This document shows, piece by piece, positions 12,763-23,654 of a stretch of DNA of 64,000 bases. The DNA comes from Octopus vulgaris (taxonomy: Eukaryota). Both the position numbers and the translations under genes were made by a program. The stretch lies in assembly GCA_951406725.2 (NCBI GenBank), contig OX597815.1, forward strand, positions 140,740,001 to 140,804,000. Direction: 5' to 3'. Positions within the stretch are counted from its first letter, which is position 1, and the number at the start of each line of letters is the position of its first letter. Below the pieces are notes generated by a model. It did not search any database and was not told the DNA's origin. It saw nothing but the letters and a program-made list of their open reading frames with translations.

Positions 12763-13256
12763 GAGTGAGAGAGCAGTGCATGCCATCAAAGTGACACTGG
12801 GGTAAAATATACGAAGCCCAATATACCCATCATGACTACCCGTCTGACAAGGGTACACCAGGCACATGCATCACAACCATATGTGCGCGACATGGTGATC
12901 TCATATCAAGATAAACAGCACATGACCTTGCAGGTGGGGCCCAGTAAGAATTTTCTTCAGGTTGAGTAGCCCATCCCGCTCAAAAGGTCCCTGAATAAGG
13001 GTTGTTTAAGGATGTTGAAAGAACCACCCACGTTTCCAGAGGTGAATTATTCAAACCCCAAAGAATCCCTCTCAACACATGGCTATGATGCTCCCCCACT
13101 ACTTCTGCTCGTGATCAGAGATGCACATATCGTCAGCCACTAAGGGACATGCTCAACTGGTTATGGTCAAACAACTGACAAGCAAATCTGTGGTATTGAG
13201 CAGAATATTTGCTGTAGCCCATCTTTTATACCAAGACAAAACAATGTACATGATAA

Positions 13257-13258
<2 letters not shown>
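12763..13258 (-). mobile_element. About 500-bp non-coding retroposon with (AAT)n tail (element X)
   Basis: Nearly identical to the reverse complement of 22612-23062. Ends CTGCTCTCTCACTC(AAT)n and is flanked by (TTA)n on both sides. Confidence 0.85.
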
Positions 13259-13293
<35 letters not shown>

Positions 13294-13296
<3 letters not shown>

Positions 13297-13482
13297 TAGT
13301 TTTATTTTTATTTTTATAGCGTGCTTTCACTTCACTACCGAGCGCAGCTCTGTGTGCCTTGGGTATGTGCTGTGATTTGTTGTGATGCTCTGATGGTTAT
13401 TGTATGGAAAGTGTTCTGCGTAGGATGTGGGCAGTGCCTAGTAGTGCAATTTTCTGTATGTTATATGTGTTTGTAAGTCCTG

Positions 13483-13483
<1 letters not shown>
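13294..13483 (-). mobile_element. 5'-truncated R4/Dong-type LINE 3' end
   Basis: Minus strand encodes PGLTNTYNIQKIALLGTAHILRRTLSIQ*, matching the R4/Dong C-terminal QK.ALLGTAHILR motif. A short 3' UTR and (AAT)n follow. Confidence 0.8.
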
Positions 13484-13519
<36 letters not shown>

Positions 13520-13605
13520 TCACTGCTTTGAATCGAACTCGAAATCTTGAGATTAGTAGCCCGCGCTACTACACCATACTACGGCATATACCCGTCATCA
13601 GATAA

Positions 13606-13670
13606 GCATATGGCGTAGTGGTTAAGAGCGCGGTCTACCTACCCCAAGATTCCGAAATCGATTCCAGGCA

Positions 13671-13765
<95 letters not shown>

Positions 13766-13799
13766 GTGGTGGTGATGGTGGTGGTGGTGGTGGTGATGG

Positions 13800-13881
<82 letters not shown>

Positions 13882-14064
13882 AATAATAATAATAATAATA
13901 ATAATGACATCGGAATATACCTTAGGAGTGAGAACCCAGGTTCGAAATGCTCCCAAGACACCTGATGAAGGCTGGAGGTATATCAGCCGGAACTTTCTGT
14001 TAACAAGAAAGATGAGAACAAATATTCGTCAAATGTAAATAATGTAATTAATGTAAATAATGTA
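13606..14064 (+). mobile_element. tRNA-head / microsatellite / hammerhead short element, copy 3
   Basis: GCATATGGCGTAGTGGTTAAGAGCGCGG head, linker 13672-13907, GACAC-CTGATGA-AGGCTG..CAGCC-GGAAC at 13957-14001 (GAAA mutated), AATGTAAAT tail repeats. Confidence 0.85.
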
Positions 14065-14456
14065 TCAAGAAAATTAGCTACTTCAAATGTGTCATACTTA
14101 ATAAGGTGGTATTATATAAAATCTCATAGTAAGAATATGAACAAATTCTGAAATAATAGCCAAGATTAAAAATGTACGATATTAGGTACTTGAATAGAAG
14201 TAGCATTTCTGAGTTACGCCTCCACAAGGCAGAGTAACCAATCAGATAAGTCAAATTCTCGTTGTTTAAGATCTCTCTAATCATTCATAAGGTTTTTGCG
14301 TCTTCTTATATTTACATTTATAGGTTTCTAGAATTTAATATCACTTGAAGGAAATATGTCAGCTGTTACATTAAAATTTGCATGTGCATGAGTATGCGCG
14401 AATGTATATACATTTAAATAACCATGTAAGTATATATTTATATGTGTGTGTGCGTG

Positions 14457-14497
<41 letters not shown>

Positions 14498-15132
14498 GCA
14501 CACAATACGCACATGCACGGAAATATATATTTTATGCCGTAGCTAACATATAAACATAGATAGATCTAGTTTATGTGTGAAATTTGTTATTTCTCAACAA
14601 AAGTCAAATTCATTAGACATTGTCACCAGAGAAAAAGAGAAGAACCAGTACGTTTGAATATATTTGACTATTGTCATAATTGAAAAGAAGAATATTATGA
14701 TAATACTTACTGCATGTCTCTTGATAATTTCCTGAAAGTTATTTTGCATTCCTTTACTTATAGAAATTCGCAGTAATGTAATATAAATGTATAACGTGGA
14801 GTGGAAGTGATTATTGATAGAATTTAATAAAAAATCTCTTCTATGATTACTTCATAGGTTTATATATAAATCACTGCAGTTTCTGCCATCTAATCAGGAT
14901 TTTTATCTATATAAGCAACACAGAAACCATAAATCTAACAAATTAATAAGAGCATATTATCGGGAATACATACATATATTCATACATATATTTATACCTA
15001 CCTACCTGCCTACCTACCTACCTACCTACCTACCTACCTACCTACCTACAAACCTACATAAATACATACATATATGCATACATAAATACATACATACATA
15101 CATTAATACATATATATACATACATACATACA

Positions 15133-17629
15133 TTTACCGCGACCAGGCAGCAGTATACAGAATCATGAGAGGAGGAGCGGTCAACATCACGGAAGCTTCC
15201 TCACGAGAAGACATAGATTCCTTCTGGAGGAAAATCTAGTGTGAAGTGAAGGAATTTAAGCAAGAAGCTCTGTGGCTGGAAGAAACTCGAAAAAGTTATT
15301 GCTCCTGCGTTACATCCAAAACATACAACATTCATAGTGAAATTCTTGCAACTGTGATCCAGAAACTCCAGGATGGAAAAGCACTTGGAAGATACTTGAT
15401 TGTTGGATATTGGTACAAGAAGCTAGCATTCTATCGACCATATTTTACCAATCTGTACCAGCAAGCTTTCATTGGGAATTGTAGCATACCGTACTGGCTA
15501 GCTCTAGTAGAGACAAAATTGATCCCCAAATGCAGAACCAACTATATGACAAAAGACCACCGGCCAATTGCATGCGAGAACTTAATAAGTTATATACAGC
15601 ATGTTTAAACCTCTTCCTCCAGGACCATTGTGAAACCAATAACTTTATCACTGCAGAACAAGTAGCTGGGAAGAAAGAAATCTGGGGATGTGCCGAGCAA
15701 CGGTTAATCAACAAAACAATGATGTCAGAGGTGCGAGAGCATAGGAGGAGCCTAATTTCAATGGGGATAGACTACAAGAAATCCTTTGACTCTGTTCTCC
15801 ACTCATGGATCCTATAAGCTCTTCAACTTTCTAAAGTTCCAGTGAAAATAGTCAAAGCCATAGCTGACCTGACTTCATCGTGGGTCACCATCTTCAAATT
15901 AAACACAAAGAGGGTTGTATCATCACCAATAGAATACAGTATCTCAAAGGCATATCCCAAGGAGACAGCATATCTGTGATGTTGTTTATACTTTCTGTTA
16001 ACCCCTTATCATTCATGTTAAGGAAGTCTGAGGGATATCTCATAGGTTCACAGGGAAACAGAAATACCGACATTACACGCCGAATAAAGAAAATTTGGAC
16101 CTCAGAACTCTCTGCATTCAATAGAACAGTGGCCCACAATGTGTTTGCAGTACCAGTACTCATACCAAGATTTGAGCTGCTTGATCGGACGCTTGAGGAA
16201 ATTCCATCCATTGATGTGAAAATCCGAAAAATACTAACAAGCACACATAATTGCCACATGCATAGTGAAGTAGACCGCCTCTACCTAACATGAAAACAAG
16301 GCGGGAGAGGCTTAACATCAGTCCAAAATGCCTTTGAATGTCGCATCATATCTGTTCGGAAACATCTTCTAACCACGAAGTGTCGAAGTGCAGCCCTTGA
16401 CCAAGGATGATAACCTCATAAAACTTGGCAGGCAGCTCCTTGAACAACATTCTTTGTCTAATAACCTAGAATACCTACCCCAAAAAATCGCACGACCCTA
16501 CCGCAACGTATTATCAGATAAAATGATGAGCCTATATGAGCAGAAGACTATGCATGTATATACCAGTAGAAAGCTCCATGATGATGGTAACATAGATCAT
16601 CAAAGCAGTTATTCATGGACCAATTGCCAGATTACTACTTCCCACTTTGAAGGGTATGCGTTTGCAAACTAGATGCAAAAAATATCAACTAAGTACCTGA
16701 TGCACAAAAGAGATAGAGATGCAGGAAAGCCGTAAAATGTGACAACCGATACAGACTTTGTGGAGTTCACGCTGAAAATATTACGCACATCATAAGCATC
16801 CGAAAATATCATCATGGTATTATCTACCGATGAAAGATAATGAAGCTAGAGTAATCTATAATGAAATCCGTCGAAAGAATAATCTCGAGGACAAAGGAAT
16901 AAGAACCCACTATATAGGAGAAACTATAGCCCTTCATAATAAAAAGGAATACTGTTGGAATGTACCAATGAAGACTCCAATAAAATATAAGAACAACATA
17001 CCTGATATAATGATTTGGGATAGAGAAGAGAAACTGTGCATAGTTGTGAAAATTAGCTGCCCAGCCGATGTTAACATAAAGCTGAAGATCAGTGAAAAGG
17101 AGAACACACATGCTGAAGTATTGAGAAATCTGCAGTTACTCTATCCAGATTACAAGTTCAGGTTTATACATGTGCTTATTGGGACCTTGAGATATGTAAA
17201 AATCTGCCTAAATACCAATCTGGAGAAAATAAGCTTCTCAAAACCAGAAAGGAGAAAGCTAATTCGAAAACGACAGATCCAATCCACCACTGGAACTGTA
17301 AAAAATCTGTAAAACTTACCAGAAGTTTAGCATTTAAATATATATGAACGTCCAGTTATATATTTAAGAGATGAGGAATTATGTGTATTTTTTACATATA
17401 TGAGCACGTACATTATTTACATTATTTACATATATGAGCGTGTTTAGATATGCAACTATATGAATGGGAATACACACAAAATATACAAATCTGCACATTA
17501 ATACATACATACATGCATACGAACAAAAATACTCTGTTGGTGTTGAAATTCAAATGAAAGAGCCATGGATCTAGATTAGAAACTGGTTCTTTCTCTATTG
17601 GCAAGAAATCTTGAAATAAATTGAATAAT
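15133..17629 (+). mobile_element. R4/Dong-clade (RLE) non-LTR retrotransposon, 5'-truncated and decayed
   Basis: Fragments HRPIACEN, IDYKKSFDSVLHSWIL, KGISQGDSISVMLF, VDRLYL..QGGRGL, a zinc-knuckle remnant, and PDIMIWDREEKLCIVVKISCP (PD..D/E RLE), with many stops and frameshifts. Confidence 0.9.
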
Positions 17630-17751
17630 GACACACACACACACATGCACACACAGAGACACATATTTATACTATAAATAAACTTTAGAAGCACCGAATA
17701 TAATGTTACTTTACTGTTCGAATGCGGTATGTCTGTGAATGTGGTCAAGAG

Positions 17752-18045
17752 CAGAGGTTCTCCAACTAGCTGATGTGGCGTACTGGCAGTTCTTTTTTTC
17801 TTAAAGTACTAGGTACTGGTAATATTTCTTAGTTATATTAATTTATACCGGAAACAAAATATATAATGAATATAATAAAAGCTGACAATATTTTTAATCT
17901 TATAATTTATTTTGTAAATAAATAATACATTACATAAGCATTTTAAAAGCATTTTATTAAGTTTCTTTCTTTTCTGAAAACTTGCCGCGTACCTGCAGCT
18001 GATGGCTTGCAGGTACGCGCAGGACCACCATTTTAAGTAGCACTG
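17752..18045. mobile_element. hAT (Charlie-like) MITE
   Basis: Ends CAGAGGTTCTCCAA and TTTTAAGTAGCACTG; 8-bp TSD GTCAAGAG/GTCTAGAG; subterminal hairpin GCGTACCTGCA..TGCAGGTACGC. Confidence 0.7.
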
Positions 18046-18421
18046 GTCTAGAGCATGTGTAATTTTCTGTTGCGTTTCTACGCAGTTTAGCACAAAACTT
18101 TATTGCACAGGGAGCTTCCAAATAGTCTTCAGGCTTCTACTACTATCTACAAACTAGCCGGATGTGACTAGCATATGCCTCTAAAGTGCTCTTACAGCTG
18201 TCTCCTTCAGTCTGGAAAAAAAAATTGGCAGTTTAGCTTATTAGATTTTTTGTAATAATATACTGTAATTATAATAACCTTGAGCACTTATGACTGCCCC
18301 CCAAATAAAAGTGCCAAAACTACTAGAATGCCCCTCGTATATCCTATAGTTAAGTATTACTTGGTAGTGTAATACATGACACTATATCATATGCATGTAT
18401 TGCATGCAAATATCATATGTT

Positions 18422-18449
18422 GATCTTCTTCTTTTTCTTGTTCTTGTTT

Positions 18450-18487
<38 letters not shown>

Positions 18488-18537
18488 CTTCTTCTTCTTC
18501 TTCTTCTTCTTCTTCTTCTTCTTCTTCTTCTTCTTCT
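18422..18537. repeat. (GTT)n-(CTT)n microsatellite
   Basis: Read directly. Confidence 0.93.
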
Positions 18538-18821
18538 AATCAGGACTCACGCCATTAGCCCTAAAGAATAATCTCTAATTCGAACCTACTCTAAGCTAAT
18601 AAGAATGCGTGCGGCAACTTGAAAATCCACCCACCACACGCGATTGACTGGCGGTTACACGGGCGCGAAAGCTACGTTGTCATCCTCATTCCGTAAACGG
18701 TGGCTTTTAACGGATGGAGAGCTAAACCATCCTGGGGGACAGTGGATTTGCAATCTACACCGGGGTCTGAAAGTTTACCACACCATAGTGGGTTACACCA
18801 TAGTTCCTCAGCTTTGTGGCA

Positions 18822-19009
18822 GAAATAGGAAGAAATAGTGAGAGAAAGTTGTGGTGAAAGAGTACAGCGGGCTTCACCCCACCCCGCCGGAGCCTCGTGG
18901 ATCTTAGGTGCTTTTGTTCAATAAAAACTCACAATGCCCGATCTGAGAATTAAACCGCCTTCTTACGACCGCGAGTCCACTGCCCTAACTACTGGGCCAT
19001 TGCGCCTAC
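18822..19009 (-). mobile_element. tRNA-derived SINE family C, 5' part
   Basis: Minus-strand head GGCGCAATGGCCCAGTAGTTAGGGCAGTGGACTCGCGGTCGTAAG..GGTTTAATTCTC with A- and B-box-like motifs. Confidence 0.65.
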
Positions 19010-19752
19010 ACTGTGTTGATGTCTCTATCACAAGGCGATTAATGTATCAGATGAACTGAGAGGTTTTGTCTTCCTTGTATTAAACGTGCTATTCTTACCT
19101 CACCGAGGTCAAACAGTGACTTTTACCGGGACTCCATTAAACTATTTTCTCCGACGCTGAACCTCGAATTAGCTTTTATCGTAACTGTTCACTGCCCTTA
19201 AAAAATCTGTGTAAACAGTATTCCAATCACTACTAGCCACAACTCCTCAAACAACATGATATTTTATATAACACTGCTGCAAACATGCCACTACATTGCT
19301 CTCCAGTTTTTATTAACTACATATTGTACTTACACGCACACATGCACACAGATAGATGCACAATGACACGCACATACACGCACACGCAGGTACACGTATA
19401 GAAGCACAAACATAAAAACAAAGCGTTACATACGAATCCCAATGTCCCCGCACATGCATGCTCAAAGGCACACGATAGAATCTTCCAGTTACACCTCCTT
19501 AATCACATCCGGCATATCTTCACATGCACATGCATGCTATGTTTGAAATATTGGTTAAGCGATCCAAAGATTCTTTCCATTACCACCAAGGAGTATACTG
19601 AATGTTTAATTCATATTCCCACCTTCGGGATCACTCATTTAAGAACATTTGAAACAAGGGACTCCTTATTCTATCGTCACAAGGTGCTTGTAAATTAGAA
19701 AACATATTCAATAATAATGACAGTACCAAGGCAAATTGTACCACTAAATTCA

Positions 19753-19965
19753 TTGGTTTCATGTTTTGCCACAAGGTCAGCAAGTTCGGGGAAAAGCGTT
19801 AGTCGATTACATCGACCCAATGCTAAACTGTCACTTATTTCATCGACCCCGGAAGGATGGAAGGGAAAAACGGCCTCGGCGGAATTTGAACTCAGAATGT
19901 AAAGACGAACTCAATGCCGTTAAGAATTTGGCCCAGCTTGCTAACGATTCTGCCAACTCGCCGCC
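19753..19965 (-). mobile_element. SINE family A, full length, with 14-bp TSD (1 mismatch)
   Basis: Reverse complement head GGCGGCGAGTTGGCAGAATCGTTAGC. TTGTACCACTAAAT (19736-19749) versus TTGTACAACTAAAT (19966-19979). Confidence 0.85.
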
Positions 19966-20839
19966 TTGTACAACTAAATACTTTAACATTCATTGAATTT
20001 TCTACATATTATATCTGAAGTAAAGTGAAGGTGAATCAGAGAAGACGTATGCCAGTTGTTTAAATGAAAAAAAAACATCTTTCAGTAGATAGAATAATGA
20101 AATTTAATACAAACCTCTGTCTGTACATATGATATATATGTACGAGTGTGTGCGTGCTTTGTATGTTTGTTTGTGTATTTATGTCTAAATTATGATATTC
20201 CTATGTAAAATGATATTTTAGACTTATGGTCCGAAACATCTGACAGGTGGAAAATTTGACCTTTAGATCATTAGAAATAGCAAACAATATGCTAATATAA
20301 CCGTTCCAGAGATATCATATCGATATTACAAGTAATATTGTCTTCCGTGATCTTGCGTCACTCTCTTATTGTACTGTTTAAGATGGCACATTGTCAATTG
20401 AATATGTAACTTTATATATCTGTAAGAACAAATATCGGAATCACATTAGAATGAAGGAATATATAGACGTACTAAATTAATCAGCGGAATAATTAAAAAC
20501 AAACATCTGCTAAAAGAAAGCAGAAATTTTGTGTGTAATCTAGTATCGTAAACGTTCAGCTGCCACAGAAACAGTATACTGATATGCTAAATAAAGTATA
20601 AGAAACTTAGTGATGTGTGAGATTGGTTAAGTATATTTATAACATATTACTTACTCTATCTGCCGTAACTGTTTATCTATTAATTGGCATTGTTTAGTCT
20701 AAGGTTGTTCTCTCTACTGAATACCTGAAATAATGTGAACACAAATTGTAAAACGTTTGTCATTTCAACTGAAAAAAATCTTCTTTCAATAGAAGGAAGA
20801 ATGTAATTAAATAAGATCTGCCATTTTTTGAACAAAAAA

Positions 20840-20876
<37 letters not shown>

Positions 20877-21141
20877 TAAAAGAAGATTACTATAATTAAC
20901 AAAGATACGAGAGCGTTGTTGTTTGTTGATTTAGTGCTGTATAATTATATGCACTTCTTTTCACTTTTCTCTGTTTATTGTAACATGTGGAAAACAGTAA
21001 TTATGTATGACGTAATGGTTCTTAAAGATTATTCCTTACAGAAAATGCAGCATACGAATGACTGGCCATTGTTTAGCTCAATAGCAGTTATAAAGTAACT
21101 ACTACTACTACTACTACTACTACCACTACTAGTAGTAGTAA

Positions 21142-21184
<43 letters not shown>

Positions 21185-21564
21185 TATAGTAGTAACTGCT
21201 ACTATAGCTGCTGCTGTTGCTACAACTGCTGTGGCAGATACTATTGCTGCTATTAAAGCCGATGACGATGATAATAGTGATTGAATAGGTAGACCAGGTA
21301 TCATTATACATGAGATAATAAAAAAGAATGCCGCATAATTGTTGATGCAATTCCATCACAAAAAATATTCCAGACATAACAGGTAGGGAACATTTCGGAA
21401 TATACTGATTCATAAAATAATTATCAGCGATATGAGGGAATCCCAATAGCACAAGTAAAAGCCATTCCAGTTTTCATCAGACCGTCGGAATCTATTCTCA
21501 CCCACCCGAAAATGAAGTATCGCATCGTCTGGAACACTTAACATAGGGTAATAGGTAAATAGAT

Positions 21565-21594
21565 TGATAGATAGATAGATAGATAGATAGATAT

Positions 21595-21670
<76 letters not shown>
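21565..21670. repeat. (GATA)n microsatellite
   Basis: Read directly. Confidence 0.97.
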
Positions 21671-21671
<1 letters not shown>

Positions 21672-21779
21672 GAGGGAGAGTGGGAGTTATGTGAGTGTTG
21701 GAAAAAGATCTAGCCTCTAGAACAGTCATAGGAATTACACGTTCAATTTAAGGCCTTTTGCTCAGTCTGGTCACGGAAA

Positions 21780-22490
21780 AATCCAGTATTTGATATCAAT
21801 GCTGTGTCATAATGAGGTTTGATAATCGCTGCACAAAACAAGCGTCCTGTATCAAGATCCTATCAACATATCTCATCAGTAGGGATGGAATAGATCCACA
21901 ATGCAGATTATGTAGAAAATTTAAAGAAATATTCATCACATTGTCTTTGGATACCTGTTAATAGCAAAGACTGAATGTATCCACAAGCATAACATGATAG
22001 CGACGTAATTGTATTTAAGAATATGTTGGAGAGGTTGATATAAGCATAAATCAAACATAAACACTAAAAATAATAAGTATATCATCCCCTGGGATATGCT
22101 CACCCACACTGACAGAGACTTGAGGTTATTATCAAGGATGGGAGGAACAAATGGTGTATAACTATCGACATTGCAATACCTTCTGAAGGAATTACCACCA
22201 CGCAAGCCAAATACAAATATTTGAGGATCAAATTCACCAAGATGTGCAACATGAAGGTGAAGCAATAACGGTGGTGATTGCAACACCAGAACGTATGAAA
22301 AATAGCATCGAAATATTCACTGGCAATATTAATGTTTATGCAGTCTAGAAGATCGCATAAATTGTAATCGTTTATAAAGTACTGAGAATGCTGTCCATCA
22401 AGTGACATCTCTCCTCTCACACTTCAGGCTCAGTGTTTGGATCTTACCCTATAAAAAGGCGAAAGTACAAAAGGTACAACAATAATAATG
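21780..22490 (+). mobile_element. R4/Dong-type LINE 3' remnant
   Basis: LIIAAQ..DGIDPQCRLC..HHIV..AKTE.IH.HN, IIPWDMLTHTDR, CITIDIAIP; ends in AATAATAAT. Confidence 0.75.
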
Positions 22491-22522
22491 TTAATGCTTT
22501 CTTTATAAACGGAAAATAGTGA

Positions 22523-22611
<89 letters not shown>

Positions 22612-22613
<2 letters not shown>

Positions 22614-23062
22614 TAAAAGATGGGCTACAGCAAATATTCTACTCAATACCACAGATTTGCTTGTCAGTTGTTTGACCTTAACCAGTTGAGCATGTCCCTT
22701 AGTGGCTGACGATATGTGCATCTCTGATCACGAGCAGAAGTAGTGGGGGAGCATCATAGCCATGTGTTGAGAGGGATTCTTTGGGGTTTGAATAATTCAC
22801 CTCTGGAAACATGGGCGGTTCTACCCTTATTCAGGGACCTTTTGAGCGGGATGGGCTACTCAACCTGAAGAAAATTCTAACTGGGCCTCACCTGCAATGT
22901 CATGTGCTGTTTATCTTGATATGAGATCACCATGTCGCGCACATATGGTTGTGATGCATGTGCCTGGTGTACCCTTATCAGACGGGTAGTCATGATGGGT
23001 ATATTGGGCTTCGTATATTTTACCCCAGTGTCACTTTCATGGCATGAACTGCTCTCTCACTC
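22612..23062 (+). mobile_element. Element X, young copy
   Basis: Near-identical to the reverse complement of 12763-13258, with one short internal deletion. (AAT)n on both sides (22523-22611 and 23063-23139). Confidence 0.85.
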
Positions 23063-23077
23063 AATAATAATAATAGC

Positions 23078-23140
<63 letters not shown>

Positions 23141-23141
<1 letters not shown>

Positions 23142-23636
23142 GTCAGACAGGCTCTCATGGCTTCTGTTCTTAACTGATTGGAAGTGCTGTGATATACATT
23201 GTTTTGTCCTGGTATAAAAGATGGGCTACAGCAAATATTCTGCTCAATACCACAGATTTGCATGTAAGTTGTTTGAGCATGTCCCTTAGTGGCTGAGGAT
23301 ATGCACATCTCAATCATAGCCATGGATTGAGAGGAATTCTTTAGAGTTTAGATAACTGACCTTCGGAATCATGAGTATTTCGTTCAACATCTTTAAACAT
23401 TATTAAGGGACATTTTGAGTGACATAAGCTACTCGACCTGAGGAAAATTCCGACTGGGCACCACCTGCAAGATCATGCCCTATACATGTTGATATGAGAT
23501 CACCATGTCGTGCATATATTGTTGTGATATATGTACCTGGTGTACCCTTATCAAACAGGTAGTTATGATGGGTAAACTGGGCTTCGTATACGTTACTCCA
23601 GTGTCCACTTTGGTGGCATGCGCTGCTCTCTGACTC
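23141..23636 (+). mobile_element. Element X, older diverged copy with longer 5' part
   Basis: Colinear with 22612-23062 (TATAAAAGATGGGCTACAGC..GCTCTCTGACTC-AATAATAAT) with many substitutions. Confidence 0.8.
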
Positions 23637-23654
23637 AATAATAATGACAATAAT

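Larger units (their letters stand above)
12555..13593 (-). mobile_element. tRNA-head / (AAT)n / hammerhead short element, copy 2, with two nested insertions
   Basis: Body 12555-12725 nearly identical to copy 1; head at 13516-13593. The hammerhead at 12630-12675 has core changes (CCGATGA, GAAATGTT). Confidence 0.85.

Noticed and set aside
15246-17312. Functional LINE ORF or domesticated RT gene
   Set aside because: Split into at least five frames, 5'-truncated and lacking the catalytic motif.
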